Positions 1 through 8,773 are shown, counted from the first letter of the stretch. The stretch is DNA of 32,000 nucleotides from Trichodesmium erythraeum IMS101 (GCF_000014265.1 NC_008312.1:4380001-4412000); one strand, 5' to 3'. A program made the numbers and translations. Notes: generated from the sequence alone by a model not told the origin.

Positions 1-82
1 CTGTGCTATAAATATTTTATTATTAATATTTTTCAATCATATACTTGTAATTATCTGTTACTTATTCCTAATAGCTGAATAC

Positions 83-964
83 TTAATTATTTTCCTCTTC
101 CGATACTGCAAAATAGATGATAACTGGAATTAATACAATTATCATCAAGGCAATTGATAGTGCCGAACCAAACGGCCAATTTCTAGCTTTAATAAATTGA
201 TTTTGAATCAAGTTTCCTACCATCATAGTTTTTGCACCACCTAAAATATCAGGAGTAATAAAAGCACCAAATGCCGGAATAAAAACTAGTAAACAACCTG
301 CAACTATACCTCGAATTGTTAATGGTAAAAATATACGAAAAAAGGTGCGTAAATCATTAGCTCCCAAATCTTGAGCAGCTTCTAATAAATAAAAATTAAA
401 GCGTTCAATTGTGGCATATAAAGGTAAAATCATAAACGGCAAGTAGCCATAAACTAAACCAATAGTCACAGCAAAGGGTGTAAATAAAATAGTTAAAGGT
501 TTGTCTGTTAGCTGTAAACTTTGTAAGGCAATATTAAATATTCCTTCAGTCCGAAGCAGGACTATCCAAGCATAAGTACGTACTAAAAAATTAGTCCAAA
601 AAGGAATAATAACTAACATCAATAAAACATTACGCCAAGGTGGTCTAATAGTAGCAATAAAATATGCTAAAGGGTAGCCAATTAATAAACACATTATAGT
701 TGTAGTTAAACTAAAGAATAAAGACCGCCAAAATATTCCCCAGTATATTCCTTGACCTAGTCGTTGATAGTTATCTAGAGTAAATTTCCAAACGACACCG
801 CCATAAGTACCTCGTTCTAGGAAGCTGTAAATTAAAACAATTACTAACGGGATGATGAAAAAAATTAATAGCCAGATAGTTGCAGGGAATAGAAGAATTA
901 GTAATTTTTTTAGTTGAGATTTTTCAATGTTTGAGGTTGACTGTTTTTTCTGAGGTTGCCACAT
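83..964 (-). CDS. potB: Spermidine/putrescine-type ABC transporter permease (PotB-like)
   Basis: 293-aa ORF with multiple hydrophobic helices. EAA loop LLEAAQDLGANDLRTFFRIFLPL plus FTLDNY and PFWTN motifs parallel E. coli PotB as I recall it. Confidence 0.85.
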   Translation of the reverse strand: MWQPQKKQSTSNIEKSQLKKLLILLFPATIWLLIFFIIPLVIVLIYSFLERGTYGGVVWKFTLDNYQRLGQGIYWGIFWRSLFFSLTTTIMCLLIGYPLAYFIATIRPPWRNVLLMLVIIPFWTNFLVRTYAWIVLLRTEGIFNIALQSLQLTDKPLTILFTPFAVTIGLVYGYLPFMILPLYATIERFNFYLLEAAQDLGANDLRTFFRIFLPLTIRGIVAGCLLVFIPAFGAFITPDILGGAKTMMVGNLIQNQFIKARNWPFGSALSIALMIIVLIPVIIYFAVSEEENN

Positions 965-1025
965 TTTAATTAGCCAAGAAGTCAGAAATTATGACCATCA
1001 TATTTATGTTTATTTGTCAATAATT

Positions 1026-1140
1026 TTTGGTAGTATTTTTTGAAGCCAGTATAATAATTTTTGATTAGTCTTAATGACACTTTAGGATTTTTTACCCCGA
1101 AAATGGTCTCAAAGCCAGTATAAGCGGAAATACTACCAAA
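1026..1140. repeat. Perfect 13-bp inverted repeat pair (TTTGGTAGTATTT / AAATACTACCAAA) separated by ~89 bp
   Basis: Read directly at 1026-1038 and 1128-1140. An internal direct repeat AAGCCAGTATAA sits next to each arm. Lies upstream of the potB start. Confidence 0.5.
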
Positions 1141-1613
1141 TATCTAAAAATAGCTGAAGCCTAGATATACTTAAAAAATGGTTTATTTAAGGTTAAAATG
1201 TTATTGTATAAGACTTTGACCTGATTTTTAGTATCTTTTTTTCCTAAAACCCTGTGAATAGGACTCATACCATTTTTCAAAAGCTTTTCTAGATTTTTTT
1301 TAGCTGAAAAGTACAAGAGTAGGAGATCAGGGGAATAGTAAACATTTATAAAATTAATATTAACTTAGCTAAAGAGAGAAATCAAATGATTATATTTATG
1401 TTAATTATTTAATAACTGAAGTGCTACCTAAGTATAGCATTAGTGCATGTAAATTGGTATTCAACAGAATAGAAACACAAAACAGGTTAAAATAAGTATT
1501 ATAGAGATTAGTCAAATTTTAAATTTTTTATCCTGAAAATTAATTTGTGTGATGGTATAAGGAAAATGTGAAAAGTGTAGGACTTAAAAATAATTCAGCT
1601 TTAGTAAAAAATT

Positions 1614-1802
1614 ATGAAAAAAACTGATATAAATAACCAGGAATTTCTTGAGGGAAAAAATATCGTTAAAACTAAAAGAAAAGGATATTTTAGAAACATA
1701 GAAGAGGTAAAAGTTGTGACAACAATAGCAAATATTCCTGAAAACACATCTGATTCAAAATCTTTGAAACCAAAGGTTTGGGTTGCTCATACTTTTAGAT
1801 AA
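1614..1802 (+). CDS. Hypothetical small protein (62 aa), weakly supported
   Basis: ATG ORF in an AT-rich gap with no recognisable domain and no clear Shine-Dalgarno. Preceded by the TTTATCCTGAAA motif at 1527-1538. Confidence 0.2.
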   Translation: MKKTDINNQEFLEGKNIVKTKRKGYFRNIEEVKVVTTIANIPENTSDSKSLKPKVWVAHTFR

Positions 1803-1864
1803 AAACAATATCAGGTTAAGCAAGATGGGTAAAAACCTATCAATATGATAAAAATTAATTACTC

Positions 1865-1953
1865 AGGACTTATGCAATAAAAATAATTGTAGTGGTTATA
1901 TCTGGAATAATGACTAAATTATCCACTACACATAGCAATATTATGTAAGCCCT
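1865..1953. mobile_element. MITE-like small palindromic element, copy 1 (degenerate)
   Basis: Terminal inverted repeats AGGACTTATGCAATA (1865-1879) and TATTATGTAAGCCCT (1939-1953). Inner inverted repeat TGTAGTGG...CCACTACA. Same termini family as 5211-5308 and 9566-9667. Confidence 0.4.
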
Positions 1954-2110
1954 AGTACTATCAAAGTTTCCAAATTTTGGGAACCTTTTTTTTATTGAAT
2001 CTCATTTCCAATTTTTCGGTAATATATTTATTAGCAAAGTATTTAGGTAAGAAACATTCTACGTTGTATCTGCGGTCATTGAGTGGATTCGCGTTTTGCA
2101 AAAGTCACCA

Positions 2111-2491
2111 ATGCTCCCTCGACTCAGTTATCGTATCACGACAGATGAGAAGTTATTTATTGAAGATATTCGCTGGGTTACGTCTAAGGTTTTCACGTTT
2201 AATACCCTAGAAGCAAATGTCTACCAGATAATTGATAGTCCCACTTCCTTGAAACAGGTTCTCAGAAAATTACGAGGAACTCCTGGTGAAGAACTGACAA
2301 CTATAGAGGTTCAAGGAATTTTAGAGCGGTTTATCGAAGCAGAGTTAGTTCTCTACGATCGTACCTTTTATCTCAGCATTGCTATTCTCGATAGTGCAGT
2401 GGATCTCCCTACCAATTACACCGTCATCAGTTTGCGAGGGAACCTGCTAATTAACTCTCCCAAAAAGCTCAAAAGGCTAAAGTTCCCTTAA
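2111..2491 (+). CDS. PqqD-like (RiPP-recognition-element-like) small protein
   Basis: The track ORF 2096-2491 starts at TTG; I prefer the ATG at 2111. The pattern KVFTFNTLEANVYQIIDSPTSLKQVLRKL...EVQGILERFIEAELVLY matches the PqqD/PF05402 consensus layout from memory. Confidence 0.45.
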   Translation: MLPRLSYRITTDEKLFIEDIRWVTSKVFTFNTLEANVYQIIDSPTSLKQVLRKLRGTPGEELTTIEVQGILERFIEAELVLYDRTFYLSIAILDSAVDLPTNYTVISLRGNLLINSPKKLKRLKFP

Positions 2492-2554
2492 AAATTTAAG
2501 TCAGACTGGAGTAATATTATGAAAGGACTGGCTTTAGGATGAACGATCGCGGCT

Positions 2555-2977
2555 GTGGTTATTGTGGTTGTCGGGGTAAGTATGGCTATTTTCTTCTCCG
2601 TCTTCTGGAATCAAATGCAGATTAGTGGTATTGAACGTATCCAAGAGCTTTTCCCTAGGGAGGCAATTGTTCTTTCGGAAACAAGTGCCAATTTCTTGGG
2701 TTTGGAATCTCGCGGTTCCTTTCAAATTTGAGGAAATGGGGCATTGGTACTCACACCAAATGAATTGTGGTTTAGTCCCTTTATCAAACGTGATGATATT
2801 ACTATCCCCACCCAAAGCATACAAGACGTTCATTTGGTTAATTCTCACTTAGGTAAACGAATTTTGGGACATCAATTAATTTATGTTCAATTTCAAATAT
2901 CTGAGAGGAAAGATTCTGCGACTTGGTTAGTGGCTGATCCTGAGCAATGGAAAATGACAATTTTATCCCAGAATTGA
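2555..2977 (+). pseudogene. Membrane-anchored PH/GRAM-like domain protein interrupted by in-frame TGA at 2729-2731
   Basis: One reading frame gives (V)VIVVVGVSMAIFFSVFWNQMQISGIERIQELFPREAIVLSETSANFLGLESRGSFQI*GNGALVLTPNELWFSPF... and continues to the stop at 2977. The track ORF 2744-2977 is only the C-terminal piece. The start (GTG 2555 or ATG 2582) is uncertain. Confidence 0.5.
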
Positions 2978-3066
2978 TATTTGAAGTACAGAATGTGGGA
3001 GCTTTCCAATGTTGATGGATACCTATTTAAACTTACTTACAGCGGTTTTCATTTTAGTAGAAAACA

Positions 3067-3094
3067 GTAGAGATGTTCCATGGAAAGTCCCTAC
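3067..3094. repeat. Imperfect 28-bp palindrome centred on CCATGG (small dispersed repeat type)
   Basis: GTAGAGATGTTCCATGGAAAGTCCCTAC. The arms match at 10 of 13 positions. It resembles small palindromic dispersed repeats I recall from Nostocales genomes. Confidence 0.35.
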
Positions 3095-3118
3095 AAGGTT
3101 TTGGTTGTGACAATGTAA

Positions 3119-3130
3119 TTTATCCTGAAA
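3119..3130 (+). promoter_or_regulatory. Recurring intergenic 12-mer TTTATCCTGAAA, here followed 12 nt later by TATAAT
   Basis: The identical 12-mer also occurs at 1527-1538 and 5412-5423, all on the + strand and all intergenic. Confidence 0.25.
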
Positions 3131-3913
3131 AGCGCTGTATAATAGATAGGACTGACCCATAACCGCCGTCTCTAGTAGGGTTTAATTGCTATTTGCCCTC
3201 TAGAGATAGGTTATTATACTATTTCTCAAAAATAATACTATGCTTGATATTGCTATCATATATGTGTAAAAGAATATGTGTAAAAAAACTTTATATATGC
3301 GATCGCAAAAACTATGGCAAACATTATTGCTAATTTGCTTAGGAATGAGAATTTATTAACTTCGGTGATTTTCTCCACAGGAGCATTTCAGTGCCATACT
3401 CAAACGCCAATATTTGTGGATCATATTTTATCCCCATTCCTTAAACAGTCGGAGCAGGTCAATGAAAATTTCCCGGTATACTTGCTTTTTCTAATGCTTC
3501 AATGATGAACTGTTATCCTGTTAATGAAACTATAACATTATGGTTAATATTTAGTAGGATGAAACAAATTCTCAAAAGGTCTGGTAAATCTCTAAATACT
3601 ATTGATTCAAGAATATCTAGTTTAACAATACACACCATGCTATTTACTGTTTTTCTATCTATTGAAGTAAAGCATTTTTTTTTGAGAAATAGTATAAGTG
3701 ACTTTTTACTGAAAGGAGGCTGATCAGGTATCATCAAGGATATTAATTTTCAAAAAACTCCCATTACCAGTTTAATATATGATTATGATTTCATCTTGAC
3801 AGAAATTTAATTTTAATGGCTACAATATCAAAAATTTATATAAATATGGGAAATATTGACATTTGCTGTCTTAAAAACAGTCATATCACATATAGTCAAG
3901 CGATCGCTCCACT

Positions 3914-4006
3914 AGAGTTGAAATAGAGTTTGGAGACCAAACCCCTATAGTTTTTTTCGCTAATTTTGTGAGGGGGGTTTGGAGACCAAAACTCTACAGT
4001 TGAAAC
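3914..4006. repeat. Two inverted copies of a ~30-bp repeat with core TTTGGAGACCAAA, forming a long imperfect hairpin just 3' of the dioxygenase gene
   Basis: AGAGTTGAAATAGAGTTTGGAGACCAAACCCC (3914-3945) and GGGGTTTGGAGACCAAAACTCTACAGTTGAAAC (3974-4006). A third copy in the opposite orientation lies at 6278-6306. Confidence 0.55.
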
Positions 4007-4040
4007 ATACTCTACTAATGCTTATCTCGTTCTTTCTTAT

Positions 4041-4712
4041 TTAATGAATCAAACTAGGAGAAGTTAACACAAAGACATCCCGATATCCCATCTCTTCTAT
4101 CACAGGTTTAATGGGAGTGGTAAAGTGGAAAAATTCATGGTCATTTGCCAGTAATAAATCTCCAGGATTGAGAATTTTACTAAATACTGGCTTTTCTTTT
4201 TTAGCAGTATAAAGATGAGTTGCACCCCCTTGAATATTATGTCTATTCACTACAAATATACCAATAAAATCTGTGCCATCTTGATGAATACCTTCTGGTG
4301 CTGGATTACCTAAACTATTAGGGTAGCAAATAGTTCTAATTTGATGTATTCCAATTTCTGCTTCTGGATGTATTTTGCAGGAATCACAGAAGGCTAAAAT
4401 CATTTTTTTGAAGTTGTCTAAGGCAACAAGTTTATCATCTATTTCAGCATATTCTCTTTTAACATCCCCATAATTTGGAAGAGGATTATAATTTTTGCCT
4501 TGAAAAATATAACCATGAGGCTGCTTTATTACTTTTTCCCCTGAGAGAATAAAACGAGAAAGTCTTCTATAACGATACTTAGCTTTCATGTAGGGATCAA
4601 CAGGAAGGTCGGCAAAAAACGGATCAAAACCTTCCATGCTAATTGAGTTTACTTTTTTATGAGTAAACATAAAAGCATAATCTAAATTAATTGATTCTAA
4701 AATTTTTTGCAT
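4041..4712 (-). CDS. 2OG-Fe(II) dioxygenase family protein (PF10014-type, amino-acid-hydroxylase-like)
   Basis: 223 aa. YRYRRLSRF, NYNPL..GDVKREY, HQIR and the HxD facial-triad motif GIHQDGTD, with distal H in FFHFTTPI. The layout parallels IDO/leucine-hydroxylase-type enzymes as I recall them. Confidence 0.75.
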   Translation of the reverse strand: MQKILESINLDYAFMFTHKKVNSISMEGFDPFFADLPVDPYMKAKYRYRRLSRFILSGEKVIKQPHGYIFQGKNYNPLPNYGDVKREYAEIDDKLVALDNFKKMILAFCDSCKIHPEAEIGIHQIRTICYPNSLGNPAPEGIHQDGTDFIGIFVVNRHNIQGGATHLYTAKKEKPVFSKILNPGDLLLANDHEFFHFTTPIKPVIEEMGYRDVFVLTSPSLIH

Positions 4713-5210
4713 ATATATTTACCCCCCATTTTATTGAGTAAAAGTTGAGTTTTATATTGTTTATATTTTTATTATAGCTCGGCTTTATAAAAAGTACTGC
4801 TAAACAGTATACAAACTGTTAACTTTTATGAAAAAATGTATCCTATTACTCAAATAATCATTGATTTATCTTAGCTTGAATATTTATAAAAAAAAGAATT
4901 AGATTTTTATTTAAAAGATGTTTTCAAAGTTCCTGATGATGTATAAATAACTTTTTTATCCTCCACTATCTCCGTTAAAAGCTATTCCTGATCAAGAACT
5001 TATGAAAACTTTGTGGCTAGAAAGAGAGCATAGAGTAGGGGAGAAAGGAAAAAGGCATAGTAGCTATGCAAAACTACTTAAGTAATCAAAAAAAAGTATT
5101 CTTTATGCTAATAAATATATTTATCAAATATAGCTTAAAAATGAGAAATTTTAGGAGTTTACTTTTTTCAGAGTGGTTAGCAAGACTTGTCTTGATTTGT
5201 AACAGGTGTA

Positions 5211-5308
5211 ACAGGACTTACGCAGTACTAATATATATAGTTTATTAGTGTATTGGGTAATTTATTCAGAGATTTACACTACAATTATATTCTGAGCGTA
5301 AGTCCTGT
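5211..5308. mobile_element. MITE-like small palindromic element, copy 2
   Basis: Perfect 13-bp terminal inverted repeats ACAGGACTTACGC (5211-5223) and GCGTAAGTCCTGT (5296-5308) flank a 72-bp AT-rich core. Confidence 0.5.
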
Positions 5309-5467
5309 ATAATTAATTAATTATCCGTAATATTAAAGTAACTTGATTTATGAATAGGCAGAAAAAAATGACTCCTTATTATGAATACTGAATGAATGTA
5401 AGAGAAAATAATTTATCCTGAAATATTACATCTAATAGCTAAAATATAGCATCTAAAATATAACACC

Positions 5468-6232
5468 TTATTTACCTCTTACCCCTTTAACTAAAGCTTG
5501 ACAACCTTGGAGAAAAATACTCACATCTATACCTAATCCAATATACTGCACTCCACAGTCAATCCATTTTTTTGCTGCCTCAGAATTATTAGTAAAAGTA
5601 CCGACAACTTTACCAGAACTCCGAATAATTTCTACCGCTTTTTGCATTAACTCAACTACTCGAATATCATTAACTTGACCAGGAATACCTAAAGACTGGG
5701 ATAAGTCATAAGGACCGAGAAAAATCACATCAATCTCAGGAACTTTAACAATTTCTTCCATATTTTCGATGCCTTTTGTACCTTCTACATGAACTACAAC
5801 TAAAGATTCTGCATTTAATTTATTAGTAATATTGCTACCTGCTGAAGTGTAAAGTCCTGCACGAGTTCCAAATGATAAACCACGGCAACCAATAGGATTA
5901 TATTTAGCACTTTGTACTACTATTTCTGCATCACTTATTGTTTCTATTTGTGGAACTTGTACTCCCGTACTACCAATATCAAGAGCCCGTTGAATTTGTG
6001 CAGGATCGTTTTTGCTGACTCTGACAACAGGAGCAATACCTACACAGTCAGCAGCACGACAAAGGTCTTCTGCAACTAGAATATTTAAAGGTCCGTGTTC
6101 TAGGTCAATAACTACAAAATCAAATCCTGCTAGACCACAAATTTCTACGAATGCAGGGTAAGCACAATTCATAAAAGGTCCGAGTACAACTTCACCATTT
6201 TTTAGCTTTTGTTTGAGTTGATTTTTAGGCAT
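5468..6232 (-). CDS. HpcH/HpaI family class II aldolase
   Basis: MPKNQLKQKLKNGEVVLGPF...GFDFVVIDLEHGP is typical of HpcH/HpaI aldolases. The track ORF extends to a TTG at 6259; the ATG at 6232 is preferred. Confidence 0.8.
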   Translation of the reverse strand: MPKNQLKQKLKNGEVVLGPFMNCAYPAFVEICGLAGFDFVVIDLEHGPLNILVAEDLCRAADCVGIAPVVRVSKNDPAQIQRALDIGSTGVQVPQIETISDAEIVVQSAKYNPIGCRGLSFGTRAGLYTSAGSNITNKLNAESLVVVHVEGTKGIENMEEIVKVPEIDVIFLGPYDLSQSLGIPGQVNDIRVVELMQKAVEIIRSSGKVVGTFTNNSEAAKKWIDCGVQYIGLGIDVSIFLQGCQALVKGVRGK

Positions 6233-6277
6233 GGTTAATTGAATATAAGCGAAAAACAATATTAGTAGAGTCTAGAA

Positions 6278-6306
6278 TTTTGGTCTCCCAACTCTTATTT
6301 CAAAAC
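6278..6306. repeat. Third copy (reverse orientation) of the TTTGGAGACCAAA-core repeat
   Basis: TTTTGGTCTCCCAACTCTTATTTCAAAAC matches the reverse complement of 3914-3945 apart from single-base indels. Confidence 0.45.
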
Positions 6307-6344
6307 CCTACCAGGAATTTTCAATTTTTGGAATATATATTACT

Positions 6345-6387
6345 AGTTATCAGTTATTAATTATCAATTATTAGTTGTTAGTTATTA
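6345..6387. repeat. Heptamer tandem array (consensus AGTTATT, ~6 units), STRR-like
   Basis: agttatc agttatt aattatc aattatt agttgtt agttatt, read directly. Confidence 0.6.
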
Positions 6388-6954
6388 TAGCAATATATTA
6401 ATCCTAAATGATTTTGAATATAAATGAGATGTCATGGAAAAGTACACTATGATTATAACTATTTAGCTAGAGATGATATTACAACCTTTGCTTTGCAAAA
6501 TCAGAAATTGGACTATGGACTAAGCGAGTTTTTATATCATGTCCGGATCATCAGTAATCAATAAAGTATATAGTTTGTAGTAAGGCTTTTTGGGTAGATA
6601 CAGTTATGTTTCTTGTTTTACGATGAACTTTAATTATAACTATTTAACTGTACATTATATTATACCCTGATTTAGTAAAACTCTTTATTGATTATTTGGA
6701 GCGATCGCTTTGGTTCACCCTTTAATTTTTTACCTTTTGACTTACCAAGCTTAGACTTAAATATTAACTACAGCTCATGACTGATCAACCAAATTTATGG
6801 AAAAAACCATTCAGATAAAGATTACGAAGAATTAACTCAGCATGCTTGCCTTGGTGATATAAATTAAAAGAGTTAACTAAACATACTCATCTGATATAAC
6901 TCTGCTCATATCATGTTCAGGGCAAGCTGATATCATATGATTCATCAATACATA

Positions 6955-7206
6955 CTAATTTGAAATACCCCCGATATTGGGCTTACACGACAATGCAAGA
7001 TTTTTGAGCCTGGGAAAGCCCTAACCGCTGTTTTGAAAGAGGTTAAAGCCTTCCCCCTGTGTTGATAACAATCCAATTTTCTACATTAGAAGTGCCGAGT
7101 TATAGTTTCTGTCTAGTTATTGTCAACATTTAGGGCATGAATGCCACAGTTCGGACAAACTTTTAGAGACTTTATTCAGACATTCCCAACAATGTTGAAA
7201 TGTACC
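6955..7206 (-). pseudogene. C-terminal remnant of an IS200/IS605-family TnpB (OrfB) gene with several in-frame stops
   Basis: Minus-strand single frame: GTFQHCWECLNKVSKSLSELWHSCPKC*Q*LDRNYNSALLM*KIGLLSTQGEG... This is a CxxC-x15-CxxC zinc finger followed by a DR(D/N)xN(A/S)A-like motif, as in TnpB C-termini. It starts right after the stop of the 7208-8773 gene. Confidence 0.45.
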
Positions 7207-7207
7207 T

Positions 7208-8773
7208 TTATTGCACCGTTACCACTTCTTCTAAACTTTCATTTGCCAACCTATCAACTGCCCGCAAAGCATAAGTTCCTGGGTTAACTCTCACCGCATT
7301 AGTAGCAGAATTTAATACTTGCAACAGCTCCCATTGATTACCATTTTGCTGATATAAAGCCCAAGAACGAACATCTTCAATATTATCAACATTCCAACTA
7401 ATAACATCAGAATTAACCTGTACTCCCATAGGTGGTGCCGGAGGTTGGTTATCTAACCATGGCATCGCTGGAGGTAATGCTGGAGTTGGGTAAACATAAT
7501 TTTTGAACACATTATTGACACCCGCCACATTATCTCGAAACATCTTCATACTATAAAAAATATTTCCCAAAGAAAGTTGACTCGCTCTCTGACGAGAAAT
7601 TGCAACTTGTCTCTCAAACTCAGACACAGGCCAACCAGAAACTTGTAATTGACTTAAAAAGTTTCCCGCATAAATATGACGACGTTGGGGGTTTTGTTGC
7701 AACCACCAGTTTAACAACACTGGATAACTCTGTTTAGGCGGGTCGATGCGCCAATAAAGTTGAGGTGCCAAATAATCTACCCAACCTTTTGCTAACCATA
7801 ACTTCACGTCAGCATATAAACTTTCATATTGATCTAAACCTACAATACCAGGAGGGTTACCAGGGCGATAAATTCCAAACGGACTGATGCCAAATTTGAC
7901 ATAAGGTTTCTCGGCATGAATACCTTGGTAGAGACGTTCCACCATATTATTCACATTCTGTCGTCGCCAGTTAGATAGAGAAAGAGTGCCACCAGATGCT
8001 TTATAACTATTGTAGGTTTGATAGTCAGGAAACTCTTGCCCACCTTGAGGATAGGGATAGAAATAGTCATCAAAGTGAACAGCATCAATATCATAACGGC
8101 GTACCACATCGATGATGGTGTTAAAAGTTTGGTCTTGAACTACTTTCGCTCCCGGGTCTAACCAAACATATTTGCCATATCTATAGGCATATTGGGGATA
8201 TTTTACTGCTGCATGGTTAGAGGCAAAGGAACCATCATTAGGACTGAGTTGAGCACGATAGGGGTTAAACCAAGCATGGAGCTCAATGTTACGTTTATGA
8301 CTTTCAGCGATCGCGAATTCTAGAGGGTCATAATAGGGTTGAGGAGGAGTTCCCTGTTTTCCAGTCAACCAACCACTCCAGGGTTCAATGGTGGAGTTAT
8401 AGAAAGCGTCTCCATTGGGACGAACTTGTAATACTAAAGCATTAAGGTTTAGTTCCTGCATCCGGTTGAGGATGTTAAGTAATTCTGTTTTTTGTTGGGT
8501 AACGGGTAGGCCTGGTTGAGAAGGCCAGTCAATGTTAGCAACGGATGCTACCCAGACCCCACGAAATTCTCTAGGGGAAAAGGAGGAAGGTTGTTGAGCC
8601 CTGCTGGTGGGTAAATAGCTAGACATTTGAGTCAGAGTTAGTCCTAATATTAGGAAGCAACTCCAGAGGAGATTTTTGCGTCGAAAGTGAATGTTTTTGG
8701 GAATTTTAGCTAATAGTTTGCTGATTAAGTTCATTATTAAATAGTTTAAATAGTTTTGGTAATTTAACCTCAT
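7208..8773 (-). CDS. Glycoside hydrolase family 10-like (GHL10/PF02638, YngK-type) secreted protein
   Basis: 521 aa. REFRGVWVASVANIDWPS and an N-terminal hydrophobic signal are typical of the GHL10 family. An alternative start (MNLISK) lies at 8734. Confidence 0.7.
   Translation of the reverse strand: MRLNYQNYLNYLIMNLISKLLAKIPKNIHFRRKNLLWSCFLILGLTLTQMSSYLPTSRAQQPSSFSPREFRGVWVASVANIDWPSQPGLPVTQQKTELLNILNRMQELNLNALVLQVRPNGDAFYNSTIEPWSGWLTGKQGTPPQPYYDPLEFAIAESHKRNIELHAWFNPYRAQLSPNDGSFASNHAAVKYPQYAYRYGKYVWLDPGAKVVQDQTFNTIIDVVRRYDIDAVHFDDYFYPYPQGGQEFPDYQTYNSYKASGGTLSLSNWRRQNVNNMVERLYQGIHAEKPYVKFGISPFGIYRPGNPPGIVGLDQYESLYADVKLWLAKGWVDYLAPQLYWRIDPPKQSYPVLLNWWLQQNPQRRHIYAGNFLSQLQVSGWPVSEFERQVAISRQRASQLSLGNIFYSMKMFRDNVAGVNNVFKNYVYPTPALPPAMPWLDNQPPAPPMGVQVNSDVISWNVDNIEDVRSWALYQQNGNQWELLQVLNSATNAVRVNPGTYALRAVDRLANESLEEVVTVQ

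Noticed and set aside
1977-2210. 77-aa ORF overlapping the start of the PqqD-like gene
   Set aside because: It is in a different frame from the domain-bearing ORF and has no recognisable features. The PqqD-like frame is preferred.
2539-2625. 28-aa Cys-rich ORF (MNDRGCGYCGCRGKYGYF...) right after the PqqD-like gene, as a possible RiPP precursor
   Set aside because: It overlaps, in another frame, a much more convincing TM helix and PH-like reading frame. It has no proper ribosome-binding spacing and is too short to evaluate.
2729-2731. Selenocysteine or programmed readthrough at the in-frame TGA
   Set aside because: I could recognise no SECIS-like hairpin immediately downstream. Other genes in the window are decayed, so a nonsense mutation or sequencing error is more parsimonious.
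2534-2852. ORFs 2534-2848 (-) and 2625-2852 (+)
   Set aside because: They are alternative-frame shadows of the interrupted PH-like gene. The frame carrying the TM helix and the GNGALVLTPNELWF motif is the only protein-like one.
3314-3737. ORFs 3314-3505, 3502-3723 (+) and 3513-3737 (-)
   Set aside because: They lie in an AT-rich region, overlap each other, and have no domain signal or translation-initiation context. They are likely chance ORFs, though decayed coding sequence cannot be excluded.
5066-5248. 60-aa ORF between the dioxygenase and aldolase genes
   Set aside because: It runs into the left terminal repeat of the MITE-like element and has a low-complexity AT-rich translation.
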